This document shows, piece by piece, positions 29,154 to 39,860 of a stretch of 64,000 bases of DNA (its first letter is position 1; each line of letters starts with the position of its first letter). The notes under the pieces were generated by a model. It did not search any database and was not told where the DNA came from. It worked only from the letters and a program-made list of their open reading frames with translations. Both the position numbers and the translations under genes were made by a program. This stretch comes from Candidatus Thorarchaeota archaeon (GTDB lineage Archaea; Asgardarchaeota; Thorarchaeia; Thorarchaeales; Thorarchaeaceae), in contig JBHLRZ010000013.1 in assembly GCA_048882045.1 (NCBI GenBank), positions 1 through 64,000 on the forward strand. Direction: 5' to 3'.

Positions 29154-29957
29154 TTGGAGTTCACTATTACTCATGTCCAAATGCCCTGTGAGGAGGGAAA
29201 TCGAGAAGGCAACTTCAAACGTGCAATGTACCTTTTGGAACAGCGGAAGGCAGGAAAAGGAATTCAATTCATTCTTCTGCCCGAGTTGTTTGCAATTGGA
29301 TTTCGTCATGAAGACTATGGGAAAGAGGGACAAGGCGTTCCAGGTCCAACTGCAGATTTCATTTGTTCAATCGCGGAAGAACATCAAGCCTACACAGTCG
29401 GTACTGGAATTGAGAAGACTGGAGAAAAGTATCACAACACACTCGTGATGGCAAAACCCAACGGTGAACTTCACGGGACCTACAGCAAGATACACCCCTT
29501 CCAGGAAGAGAAAGATGTCTTCGAAGGTGGAGATACTATTGCCATGTTTGAGTGTTCAGGCATCAAGGTAGGAGTCGAGATTTGTTATGACATAAGATTC
29601 CCTGAAGTCACACGAAAACTTGCACTTGAGGGTGCTGAGATAGTACTTGTTCCTGCAGCATTTCCGGATCCCAGAAGTGAACACTGGAACACCCTGGTTC
29701 GAGCACGAGCAATTGAGAATCAGATTTTTGTCGCTGCGACAAACCGTATTGGGTTTGGATTCGATGGGAAAACCTACTTCGGACACAGCCAGACCGTTGA
29801 TCCCTGGGGAGTGGTTCTTAACAGGCTGAACACAGAGGAACGTTTAGTCGCAACTCAATCGGATACTGATATGATAGAGAGTGTAAGGTCTCAGATCACC
29901 TGTTATGCTGACATCGCTCCTTCAGGATATGAGAGAGTCGTTTGGTTCAAAGAATAG
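29154..29957 (+). CDS. Carbon-nitrogen hydrolase (nitrilase/omega-amidase family)
   Basis: LPELF, YSKIH, ICYDIRFPE triad, RARAIENQ, DPWG. Confidence 0.9.
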   Translation: MEFTITHVQMPCEEGNREGNFKRAMYLLEQRKAGKGIQFILLPELFAIGFRHEDYGKEGQGVPGPTADFICSIAEEHQAYTVGTGIEKTGEKYHNTLVMAKPNGELHGTYSKIHPFQEEKDVFEGGDTIAMFECSGIKVGVEICYDIRFPEVTRKLALEGAEIVLVPAAFPDPRSEHWNTLVRARAIENQIFVAATNRIGFGFDGKTYFGHSQTVDPWGVVLNRLNTEERLVATQSDTDMIESVRSQITCYADIAPSGYERVVWFKE

Positions 29958-30020
29958 TGTGAGAAACACAAGCGTTAAGTGAATGACCTGGTGTGCCTAT
30001 AATGATTGGAGGAGTAATAG

Positions 30021-30530
30021 TTGAGCAATCAGACAGACCTCATCAGAGAATCTATTCGTGACTGGTTCTCTCGTGAGGGAATCAAAGTAGAAACCATCAA
30101 GAATCCAAAGGCGGAGTTCTTGTTCAAGGTCAAGTTCCTCAGATTCTTCTTTACAGTGGTTCGACCCAATGACCAGAGGTTCGTTCAGTTCGAGTCACAA
30201 ATAATGATATCACCTCAGCATCAGCAGCTCCTCAATGTAGAGAAGATGCGAGAGTTCCAGATGAACGCCATGAAGTTCTCATTCCAGGAGGGCTTTAACA
30301 TGGGATTCGTGCAGCCAAGACCTGGACAGCCGGGACCACAACCCCCAGGTCCAGGATTCGTCATTTCTGACCGAATCTACGATGATGGATTCACAGAAGA
30401 CCATCTATGGAGAATAATGCGTAAACTTCACGGGGCCATTGACATGGTAATTGCAATGCTTAACGATGTCACAGGACAGATTGGTGGAAAACCAGATACC
30501 ACTGACACTGGACCTACGTACTATACATAA
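30021..30530 (+). CDS. DUF2299-like hypothetical protein
   Basis: IRDWF..EG, ISPQHQ, IYDDGFT pattern. Confidence 0.55.
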   Translation: MSNQTDLIRESIRDWFSREGIKVETIKNPKAEFLFKVKFLRFFFTVVRPNDQRFVQFESQIMISPQHQQLLNVEKMREFQMNAMKFSFQEGFNMGFVQPRPGQPGPQPPGPGFVISDRIYDDGFTEDHLWRIMRKLHGAIDMVIAMLNDVTGQIGGKPDTTDTGPTYYT

Positions 30531-30640
30531 TGTGACCAGCTCGATTGTTTTTAGAGACCTATACATAGTAGCTCTCCTTTTTTTGAATCAGAGGAATTAA
30601 CAAGAGCGCTGGTACAACTGCGGATTAGCTGTTACGCCGT

Positions 30641-33600
30641 TTGAGGAAGAGGTTTTCGATGATGGCTTGGTTTGCAAAAAGGAGAAGGAAACTATCGCAT
30701 AGGCGTCAAGGAAAATTAATCATACCAGTTCTAATGGTCACGATACTATGTTTCAGTCTACCTGTTCTGCTGACAAATCAGGATATGATCGTTTCTGAAT
30801 CAACACCTCAGTTCCCCTTTTCCTTTAACAGCAAATCATTGCCTTCTGTAGGCAGCAGTGGCATTGACATTTCTTCGGAATTACGGTATACACGAGAATT
30901 CCAGGGACTGGACATTTCGTTGATGAATAGCTTCGCTGATACAGCAACTCATCAGAATACATTGGATTTCTCAGCGTATCAAATTGCTGGATGGTCGCTA
31001 TATGAGGTCCTGATTTCGACCTCTAGAGTTGTTGCACTGTCAGAACGCGAAGTTGTTGGGACTAGTAGTAGTCCAACCTATTCGAACTTCAACATCTCTG
31101 AAACCCCTATTGGAAACAAGTATTATGATCAACTAGCTCAGGGATTCTACAACCTAGGTCATGACGGAAAATTGGAAAACATCTCTATATTATATGACAG
31201 CGACTACTATGATCCGTCAAACCAGAACTACGCATACTTCGACATCAGGTCGGACTATCAAGATGGGAGCACCAACTTGGTGTCATCAGTCCAGTTGGCA
31301 CACGTAGGACTCACTGCTACTTGGGCACATATAACAGAGTCTACTATTCTTGATGCAGACACGACCTATTATGCTGTAATGAATGGTACCAAGTTAGTTG
31401 AGTATTTTGACATCTATCCCGTGATTCGTTGGTATTATCAGAATACCGCAGGATCATTTCTGACTCGAAGGTATAGTACTGAGTTTAGTGCATGGAGTTC
31501 GGATAGACCGTATGAAGCGCTACTCAACTATACATATACACCGTGGAATACTACCAGTAATTTGGCTATGGAATACAGTAATCCAAGTAATGTATCACTC
31601 CAAGCAAATTCATCCTCTCTAAGCGGAACAGAGTGGCTCTTCAGTTCCACGACGAATGTTTCGCAAGTACAGTTTTCGTCCAATCAATCAATATCTATAG
31701 AGTACGACCTGACGCTCAGATACAAAAAAGGCATATCGTCGACAACCAGTTGGTATGTGGGTTCATCCGGATTCGATGTCACATGGAATGTCACATCCGT
31801 TGCAGATTTTCCCGAACTGAGTGGGTCACTGGATAAAAACCTAACACTGGCCTTACCCAATGATTGGACAGCTAACCATCTCTTCAACATCACAAGTCCA
31901 ACACAATATTATGATTACTTCAGTCAAGATGGTTCCAACGTTGTTTGTAGTCTGTTAGGAGATGAAACGTGGATATTGGAGTGTACATCACCAAACTATC
32001 TCCAGTCAATCTCAAAGTTTGATAGTAGTGATGACAGTGTGATCACCGACCAAGTATCAGTTTTAGTAACGATGGACATCAATAGCACAATTGAAAGTCC
32101 TTTGTCAGTCATAGCAACAAATGGAGACGCTAGCCTAAGAGTGTTCTATCAAAGTTCAGTTGAGTATGAAGAGAACTATACCGTAGCAGCTGGTAAGTCA
32201 TACCATCAGTGGGACATATCAACAGACTCCTCATCGAATGGACTACACACAGTTGAAATCTACTGGATGAATGGAACTGAGGCAGGATACCGAACAAGTG
32301 ATGTCTTGGTTTACTATGAAACAACACTAGTAGCAGATGATTACAGCATCAATGCTTTCACAGACAATACTTTCTATATTGGAATTGACTTTGATAGAGT
32401 CTTTCCGGTTGGAGGTTTAGATGGTTCTGTATCTGATCTGACGTATTCCTTTGGTGCTGTTGTAAATCAATCATTAACTGATCAAAGCAATGGCCGTTGG
32501 GATGCGACTGTTTCAACAACCAGTATGTCCCCAGGGACATATGACCTGTATGTATATGCAGAAGGCTATGCTCTTGAGAACAGGAGTCTTACTATTCAGA
32601 TCTCACTCACTCATGACACAGAGGCTCTGACTTTCGCATGGTCCAATACAAATGACATCACCTACATCGAATCCACTGAATTATCAGTCTACTACAACAG
32701 GGTGACTGGATCAACTCCAATTCCTGATGCGATAGTCAATGTCACAATTGGTGTAAAGACATGGAATCTGACATGGGATGGTTCAACTGCATACAAAATC
32801 ACCTTCAACGGGACTGATGTGCCCCCCGGTTTTGGATTGCATGATTTAACCATAGAAGCCTGGAAAGCAGGTCATGTGGCAAGGTCAGACACATCACTGA
32901 CTCTGAATATTCAAGCGGAACCTACAACCATGACTTATGAATGGTCTAATGGAGATGTCATTACATACATAGAATCTACAACTTTGATCGTGAACTACAC
33001 GATGAGTGATGGTTCACCAGTTTCTGGGGCAGCTGTCAATGTTACAATTGGTTCGTTAGATCCGTTCATTCTTACATTCAATGGCTCAGTATACAAGTAT
33101 GTGTTTGATGGAGATGCTGCATTACCAGGCATAGGTACCCACAGTCTGAATATCGCAGCTGGCAGATTTGGTTTTGATTACAAGGATGCGATTTCAGTCC
33201 CATTGACCGTATCCTTAGAGCCTACAACTATGACTTACGAGTGGTCCAATGGGAATGTCATTACATATGTAGGGTCTACGACAATCATAGTGAACTACAC
33301 GATGAGTGATGGACTCCCTGTTTCTGGTGCAGCTGTCAATGTTACAATCGGATCCATGGATCCCTTTATTCTCACATTCAATGGTTCAGTATACAAGTAT
33401 GTGTTTGAGGGTGATACAGCACTTCCAGGTCTTGATGTCCACAGTCTCACGATTTTCGCTGGCAAACGTGGTTATGAAAATAAAACTACAACATCTGTTC
33501 CTCTGACAATTAATGAGGAACCCACAACTCTTGTTATAACTTGGTCAGCAAGTAACAACGTTTCCTTCATTGGAGAAACCTATCTCATAGCAAACTACAC

Positions 33601-36600
33601 AATGAGTAATGGTTCAGCGGTGTTAGGAGCGACGATCAATGTCACTATTGGTGCATATCCTCCATGGGATCTTGTCTGGGATAATCCATCCCAAACCTAT
33701 AGAGTTCTGTTTTCAGGAACCGATGACCCTCCAGGTCTTGGAGTACACACCCTGACCATCCTTGCAGATAAGTTTGGATATTCTGAGAAGAACAATGTAT
33801 CCCAAATGATTCTCCGCGAGGAATTCACAGATTTGGTCCTTGGTTGGTCGGACGGGAATAGTATAACCTACATAGGACAGACTATTTTGTCTGCATATTA
33901 TACAATGGAGAACGGAACAGCAATTAGAAATGCTATGGTCAATGTCAGTGTTGGAGGTGCATCAGCTCTAATAATGACCTGGCATGAAGCCTCTCAGACA
34001 TATCGTATCGTTTTCTCTGGATCAGATAATCCTCCAGGATTTGGCAATCACAGTATACTTGTTCTTGCAGATATATTCGGATATAGGGATCAATCAGAGG
34101 GATCATATCTAAACATCACTGTGGAACCAACAACAATAGACATCACATGGTCGAATGGAACTACTATCACCTATGTTCAGCAAACCACACTCACAGTAAC
34201 ATATCGGAGGGGAGATACAACACCAATAGCTGACGCTAATGTAACAGCTTTGGTGGGAACTACTCTGTTCAATCTCACCTGGAATCCTGGTAGTTCAGCG
34301 TATGAAATTACTTTCAATGGGACAGACAATCCGCCGGATATAGGAACATATAACGTAATAATTGGAGCAAACAAGTTCGGATTCCAGAGTCAAAACAATG
34401 ACACATATTGGCTCACTATTAACATTGAAACTACCTTCTTAGAACTATCTTGGTGGGTGTCCGATACAATTTCATACGTTGGCCAAACGGTGTTGTATGC
34501 AAACTTCTCGATGAGTGATGGATCACCTGTCCTAGATGCCTATGTCAATGCATCAATAGGAACACGAGAATGGATTTTCGAGTGGAACGAGTTTCAACAG
34601 ATGTACATGTTGATACTGAGTGGAAATCATCCTGACATTGGTGTCGGCGTTTTTCCGGTAATCATTAATGCAACTCTGTATGGATTTGCATCGCAGAGTA
34701 ACACCACAGAAACATTGACAGTGAACGAAGAGATAACAAATCTGGAAATCAGTTGGTCGAATGGTTATAATTTGACATATTTTCACCACACTCTCCTTTC
34801 TGCTGATTATCACATGAGTAATGGAACACCCATCACAAGTGCAACCTTGATTGTCATAATTGGCACGGATACATGGGATATGGTGTGGAATGAGACTGCA
34901 TTATTGTATCAGGTCAGGTTCAATGGTTCTGATTCAACGCCAGGTGTTGGTGAACACAGTCTGACAGTCCAAGCTTCAAAATACGGGTACATCTCACAGA
35001 CAAATGACACACTGACACTGATCCTTCCAGTCATACCAACAACAGTTGAGATTACTTGGTCTAATGGTCCGACAATTACCTATATCGAGCAGACAACATT
35101 GATTGTCACCTATTCCATGTATAATGGGACTAGAGTCGAAAATGCCATAGTATACCTCTCGATTGGGGCGGTGATATATCCATGTTCTTGGAATGGCGAC
35201 TCATATGAACATACGTTCTTTGGAACCGATGATCCACCGGGTTTTGAGAATCACAGTACAGCGATACATGCTATGAAGAATGACTTTGAATCACACCTAA
35301 TTTTAGACCAATACCTGACAATCAGTGAAGATCCAACTACTCTTGTCATCAACTGGTCTAATAGCAACAACATAAGCTATGTGAGTGGGACAACATTATC
35401 AGTCAGATATCAAGACAGCTACTCCAATCCAATTCAAGATGCTCTTGTAAATGTCACAATCAATGGAAGATTCTGGAATCTCAGTTGGAATCTAACCAAT
35501 CAAACATACGAAATCTATATTGCAGGGGATGAAAACCCACCAGGTTTCGGAAATTACACTGTTCAAATTCTGGCATCAAAATATGGATATGTTGCACTAA
35601 ATGATACATCTCAGGAATTCACAATTCATTTGGAGGAAACTCGCTTTGAATTCGTATGGGAACCAAGTGACACAATCACGTATGTTGAGCATACAACGAT
35701 TAAGATCTTCTATCTGATGAGTAATAATACACCAATTGAAGGAGCTGTTGTAAATGTAACATGGGGACCATTTAGATGGGACGCTCTTTGGAATAATGAC
35801 ACAAAAGCCTATGAGATTACTTGGCTTGGAAATGATAATGACCTTGGCAGTCCAACCTCACATTCATTGGTAATCAGAGCATGGAAGATTAACTATGTTG
35901 GATTAACAAACTTTTCTCAGGTGTTGACAATCATTGAAGAACCAACTGCGATTTCGGCAAGTTGGACAAATGGCAACTCAATCACATTTACTGAATCAAC
36001 AACACTCCTGGTTAATTATACTACAAGTAACGGAACTGTAATTCCATATGCAACCGTAGATGTAACCATAGCAGGAACAGGGCCTTGGCTGCTAAGTTGG
36101 AATTCGACCAGCAAGCTGTATTGGATTGCTTTCAATAATGAATCTGCAGCCTGGCCTGGACTTGGTACTTTCGGTCTCTCTATCAGAGGATGGGATGTGG
36201 GTTATGAAACCACTGTCAACAACAGTCACACACTAACGATTCTCAGTGAGGAGGTTAGCATAGAGAGTAAACTACTTGGAGGAAATACGATAACCTATGT
36301 TGGTTCCACAGTTCTTCAGGTCAACTATACTACAACTAGTGGACTACCAATAGCTGGAGCCACTGTAAACGTAACTATCAATGGTTCTCTCTGGGATCTC
36401 AGGTGGCATGAAGCAAGCCAGACCTATCGAATTCAGCTCAATGGCAGTGATCCTCTGCTGGGATTCGATACATTCAATCTAATAGTCAATGCATCAGCCT
36501 ATGGATTTGACCCCTATCCTGATACGTCATTGTATCTAACAATCATTCTAGAACCCACAACTCTTGTCGCTACATGGGGGTCGCCGAATTTTAACAGTGT

Positions 36601-39600
36601 GACATATTTTGATTATACAATACTCTATGTCGAATACAGGATGGAGAATGAGTCAGTTATTCTTGGTGCTAGTGTCAACGTTACAATCGGAGCGTATCCA
36701 CCATGGTCATTGAATTGGAATGCATCTGCAGGTGCATACTGTATCAGATTCAATGGAAGTGATTCACCTCCAGGGTTTGGCACACACACATTATCTCTCG
36801 AGGCCTCACTCTATGGATACTTAGATGCATTTAATTCATCAAGTCTCACTTTGGCCAGAGACCCAACAACTATAGATGTGTCATGGATAAAGGGCAACAA
36901 CATTACCTATGTCGAGTATACAATCCTCTCAGTTGTTTATAGGATGAGTAATGGATCAAATATTCTTGAAGCTGCAGTCAACGCAACTATCGGAGCGTAT
37001 CCACCATGGTCATTGAATTGGAATGCATCTGTTGGAGCTTATCAGGTCCGCTTTGATGGGAACCAAATTCCTCCAGGACTAGGAACATTTACTATAGATA
37101 TACAAGCTTCCTCACCAGTCTTCGAAGCACAGTTTACATCAACCTCGTTGACTCTGAGAACTGACAGCCCAACAGTAACACCATCGTGGTCATCAAATAC
37201 ATTCGACTGGACTGAGAGTGTAGTCCTTTCGTTTGACTTCGTGGATTCTCAAGGCAAACTCATTGAAGACGCCACTACGAAACTTGTCTTTATAGACGGT
37301 GTAGATTATGTTCTCTATGGAACCAATGGCACTTACTGGATTGAGTTTAACAGTACTTTTGATCTGGGACTCCACACCGTTTGGGCTAATTTCAGTAAGT
37401 ATGGCTATGATCCAACTTCTGTAACATCAATAGAGTTCACAATCAACAAGGCTCTGACAGGTCTGACTGTAATCTGGTCATCAACGACGGTTGACTATCT
37501 GGAACATATCGATCTCACAGTCGATTATTACTACATTGGAACAGGTGTTACTGTCCCGTCTGCTGGTGCAGTCGTTAACATAACAATTGATGGAACTTTC
37601 CCACTTGATCTTGTCTTCAATGGAAGTCGATGGATAGGCACTCTCACCAGAAGCAACCTGAGCTTGGGCATTCATGATGTCGATATCAGAGCTCAAGTAT
37701 ACGGATATGAATACAGCGAATCCCTGGACATAGTTCTCACAGTAAACAACGTTGCAACAGACGCATTAGTTGTGACTTGGGTTCCATCCAATGGCACAAT
37801 TGAGTATACGGACCTACTAAACCTGACCGTGGATTACACATTCTATGGAGGAGATGTGCCTGACACAGCTTGGGTTAACGTGAGTGTTGATGGACGACTA
37901 TACAATCTGACGTATTCAGCTGGATTGTGGAGGGTGAGTATTCCAGGTGAAGAGCTAGGTCTAGGACCTCGGACTGCAACGATATCTGCATGGCTTTACG
38001 GTTACCAATACAAGACTAATATCACTGCAGGAATAAACGTTACAGCTGCAGCCAATGCGTTCATTCCGACATGGGAACCATTTGGTCTTCAAGCAAGCTA
38101 CCTTGACACGATTAATCTAACGGTGTTATACCAGGAGGACTTTGTTTCTATAGATGGAGCGACAGTTAAACTATCAATCAACGGAACAATTTACACTCTT
38201 GAATACAACGACACTACTGAGTTGTGGCACTTCAGCATGAAGGCAAGTGACATCGGATTAGGTGTGTGGAATGTTACTGTCACAGCGAACAAGACTGGTT
38301 ATGCTGATGGCTGGAATTCTCGTCTATTGACCATTTCATTAGCTCAGACAAATCTCACTGTGGTAAGTTCGTACACAACCATCTATTATGACGAGGTCGT
38401 GACACTCAGCATATACTATCAGCTCCTGAATACAAGTGTCGTTCCAGGAGCAAGTTGCACAGTAATCTTGGACAGTGTTCTGCAATCAATCTCTTGGGTT
38501 ACGGATCACTGGGTTGTAACACTGAGTGGAGCAGTAATGGGCCTTGGAGTCCATTCGGTGAGTATTGATGTTGACGCCTATGGTTTCGAGTCCGATAATG
38601 ACTTGTTCGATGTGACTGTGAATATCATTCCAACAAGTGTGGTTGTAGATAGTGCAATCTACAATGTATATCCATATGATTCAGTTTCTGTGTCATTCAC
38701 TTGGATTGATGATAAGAATGCTGTTGGCATTGACGGATATTCTCCGACCATAGAGTGGCCAGGTACATACTCTGTCGTGGAATATGGAAACGGGATATAT
38801 AGTATTGAACTAACTACTGATGCTCTACACGTAGGTATCTATCATCTGAATGTGACATTCACCAGGACAGGATATGTCGAAGGGACGAGTACCGCACAGA
38901 TTGAGATGGTCGAACTGCCTATCGTTCTTACCTACGATAATGAGATCTTGCAATACGAAAACGAAACCATTACCATATCCATCCAGATCTATGATGGTCC
39001 TCATGCAACCATTGTTAATTGGGGAGAGATTGTCATTGACTTGGAGGGCGTTGAATACACACTGACATATCTTTCCGGAACTCAGGAGTACTCAGTTGAC
39101 ATATGGTTAGGGACATTGACACCACGCACCTATTCTCTGAATTTCACCGCTTCAGCGACTGATTGTGAAACAGAAACAGGTGAAATCCAACTAGTGATAG
39201 AACCAAAATCACTGTATGACATTGTAGTTGATGCAGACGAAGAAATACAGGCTGGACAATCAATCCTGATATCAATTCAAGTGAACGATGGTTCAGAAAT
39301 AATCGAAGGATTTGAAGTAACCTTACATATCGTTGTTGACAGAGTAGTAGGTCAACCGCAAGAGTACGTCGAATCTAGAAGCAATTCATTTGAATTTACT
39401 GTCCCATTAGACGCAACTCAGCTGACCATTTGGGCAGAATTCGATGGTTCAATAGAGGAATGGCCAGCTGTTTCCAATACTATCACTAGAGAAGTGACTT
39501 CTAGTGGCATTCCATTTGGAGATCCAATGACACTGATAATGATAGTTGGAGGAGCTGGTGGAGGAGTCCTCGTAGTATTGTTTCTCATCAGAAGAAGATG

Positions 39601-39619
39601 GAAAAAATCCAGTTCTTGA
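30641..39619 (+). CDS. Giant cell-surface glycoprotein with ~20+ tandem ~100-aa Ig-like repeats and C-terminal TM anchor
   Basis: N-terminal hydrophobic signal; repeats PTT..WSNG..ITY..T.L.VNY.MSNG.PI..A.VNVT; abundant NxS/T; TM followed by RRRWKK. Confidence 0.85.
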   Translation: MRKRFSMMAWFAKRRRKLSHRRQGKLIIPVLMVTILCFSLPVLLTNQDMIVSESTPQFPFSFNSKSLPSVGSSGIDISSELRYTREFQGLDISLMNSFADTATHQNTLDFSAYQIAGWSLYEVLISTSRVVALSEREVVGTSSSPTYSNFNISETPIGNKYYDQLAQGFYNLGHDGKLENISILYDSDYYDPSNQNYAYFDIRSDYQDGSTNLVSSVQLAHVGLTATWAHITESTILDADTTYYAVMNGTKLVEYFDIYPVIRWYYQNTAGSFLTRRYSTEFSAWSSDRPYEALLNYTYTPWNTTSNLAMEYSNPSNVSLQANSSSLSGTEWLFSSTTNVSQVQFSSNQSISIEYDLTLRYKKGISSTTSWYVGSSGFDVTWNVTSVADFPELSGSLDKNLTLALPNDWTANHLFNITSPTQYYDYFSQDGSNVVCSLLGDETWILECTSPNYLQSISKFDSSDDSVITDQVSVLVTMDINSTIESPLSVIATNGDASLRVFYQSSVEYEENYTVAAGKSYHQWDISTDSSSNGLHTVEIYWMNGTEAGYRTSDVLVYYETTLVADDYSINAFTDNTFYIGIDFDRVFPVGGLDGSVSDLTYSFGAVVNQSLTDQSNGRWDATVSTTSMSPGTYDLYVYAEGYALENRSLTIQISLTHDTEALTFAWSNTNDITYIESTELSVYYNRVTGSTPIPDAIVNVTIGVKTWNLTWDGSTAYKITFNGTDVPPGFGLHDLTIEAWKAGHVARSDTSLTLNIQAEPTTMTYEWSNGDVITYIESTTLIVNYTMSDGSPVSGAAVNVTIGSLDPFILTFNGSVYKYVFDGDAALPGIGTHSLNIAAGRFGFDYKDAISVPLTVSLEPTTMTYEWSNGNVITYVGSTTIIVNYTMSDGLPVSGAAVNVTIGSMDPFILTFNGSVYKYVFEGDTALPGLDVHSLTIFAGKRGYENKTTTSVPLTINEEPTTLVITWSASNNVSFIGETYLIANYTMSNGSAVLGATINVTIGAYPPWDLVWDNPSQTYRVLFSGTDDPPGLGVHTLTILADKFGYSEKNNVSQMILREEFTDLVLGWSDGNSITYIGQTILSAYYTMENGTAIRNAMVNVSVGGASALIMTWHEASQTYRIVFSGSDNPPGFGNHSILVLADIFGYRDQSEGSYLNITVEPTTIDITWSNGTTITYVQQTTLTVTYRRGDTTPIADANVTALVGTTLFNLTWNPGSSAYEITFNGTDNPPDIGTYNVIIGANKFGFQSQNNDTYWLTINIETTFLELSWWVSDTISYVGQTVLYANFSMSDGSPVLDAYVNASIGTREWIFEWNEFQQMYMLILSGNHPDIGVGVFPVIINATLYGFASQSNTTETLTVNEEITNLEISWSNGYNLTYFHHTLLSADYHMSNGTPITSATLIVIIGTDTWDMVWNETALLYQVRFNGSDSTPGVGEHSLTVQASKYGYISQTNDTLTLILPVIPTTVEITWSNGPTITYIEQTTLIVTYSMYNGTRVENAIVYLSIGAVIYPCSWNGDSYEHTFFGTDDPPGFENHSTAIHAMKNDFESHLILDQYLTISEDPTTLVINWSNSNNISYVSGTTLSVRYQDSYSNPIQDALVNVTINGRFWNLSWNLTNQTYEIYIAGDENPPGFGNYTVQILASKYGYVALNDTSQEFTIHLEETRFEFVWEPSDTITYVEHTTIKIFYLMSNNTPIEGAVVNVTWGPFRWDALWNNDTKAYEITWLGNDNDLGSPTSHSLVIRAWKINYVGLTNFSQVLTIIEEPTAISASWTNGNSITFTESTTLLVNYTTSNGTVIPYATVDVTIAGTGPWLLSWNSTSKLYWIAFNNESAAWPGLGTFGLSIRGWDVGYETTVNNSHTLTILSEEVSIESKLLGGNTITYVGSTVLQVNYTTTSGLPIAGATVNVTINGSLWDLRWHEASQTYRIQLNGSDPLLGFDTFNLIVNASAYGFDPYPDTSLYLTIILEPTTLVATWGSPNFNSVTYFDYTILYVEYRMENESVILGASVNVTIGAYPPWSLNWNASAGAYCIRFNGSDSPPGFGTHTLSLEASLYGYLDAFNSSSLTLARDPTTIDVSWIKGNNITYVEYTILSVVYRMSNGSNILEAAVNATIGAYPPWSLNWNASVGAYQVRFDGNQIPPGLGTFTIDIQASSPVFEAQFTSTSLTLRTDSPTVTPSWSSNTFDWTESVVLSFDFVDSQGKLIEDATTKLVFIDGVDYVLYGTNGTYWIEFNSTFDLGLHTVWANFSKYGYDPTSVTSIEFTINKALTGLTVIWSSTTVDYLEHIDLTVDYYYIGTGVTVPSAGAVVNITIDGTFPLDLVFNGSRWIGTLTRSNLSLGIHDVDIRAQVYGYEYSESLDIVLTVNNVATDALVVTWVPSNGTIEYTDLLNLTVDYTFYGGDVPDTAWVNVSVDGRLYNLTYSAGLWRVSIPGEELGLGPRTATISAWLYGYQYKTNITAGINVTAAANAFIPTWEPFGLQASYLDTINLTVLYQEDFVSIDGATVKLSINGTIYTLEYNDTTELWHFSMKASDIGLGVWNVTVTANKTGYADGWNSRLLTISLAQTNLTVVSSYTTIYYDEVVTLSIYYQLLNTSVVPGASCTVILDSVLQSISWVTDHWVVTLSGAVMGLGVHSVSIDVDAYGFESDNDLFDVTVNIIPTSVVVDSAIYNVYPYDSVSVSFTWIDDKNAVGIDGYSPTIEWPGTYSVVEYGNGIYSIELTTDALHVGIYHLNVTFTRTGYVEGTSTAQIEMVELPIVLTYDNEILQYENETITISIQIYDGPHATIVNWGEIVIDLEGVEYTLTYLSGTQEYSVDIWLGTLTPRTYSLNFTASATDCETETGEIQLVIEPKSLYDIVVDADEEIQAGQSILISIQVNDGSEIIEGFEVTLHIVVDRVVGQPQEYVESRSNSFEFTVPLDATQLTIWAEFDGSIEEWPAVSNTITREVTSSGIPFGDPMTLIMIVGGAGGGVLVVLFLIRRRWKKSSS
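32921..33410 (+). repeat. Recent 300-bp tandem duplication of an Ig-like module
   Basis: 32921-33110 closely matches 33221-33410 (e.g. gtgaactacacgatgagtgatgg and tcagtatacaagtatgtgtttga in both). Confidence 0.8.
36686..37031 (+). repeat. Exact 43-bp direct repeat in adjacent Ig-like modules
   Basis: atcggagcgtatccaccatggtcattgaattggaatgcatctg at 36686-36728 and 36989-37031. Confidence 0.85.
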
Positions 39620-39860
39620 ATGCAATAATGGAAAAATGACTCATAGATCTAAACCACGAGTGTGTATTGAAGTGACACCCACAGTTTATTGATATGGCTA
39701 AATGTCAGTGTTAACATACTCAACAAGAGGTTCTTGGCACATCTTGAGATTGTTGAAAAGAAGACTAAATGGTCCAGACTTTGGCTGAAGAAAGTACATT
39801 AAGCCAAGGAATACTGTGCTGAGATACTCCATCATAGCGAGTCACCATCGAGGTCAGAAC

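Noticed and set aside
30641-39619. Diversity-generating retroelement or CRISPR explanation for the DNA repeats
   Set aside because: Repeats are in-frame protein modules, differences are not adenine-specific, and no reverse transcriptase or cas gene is present
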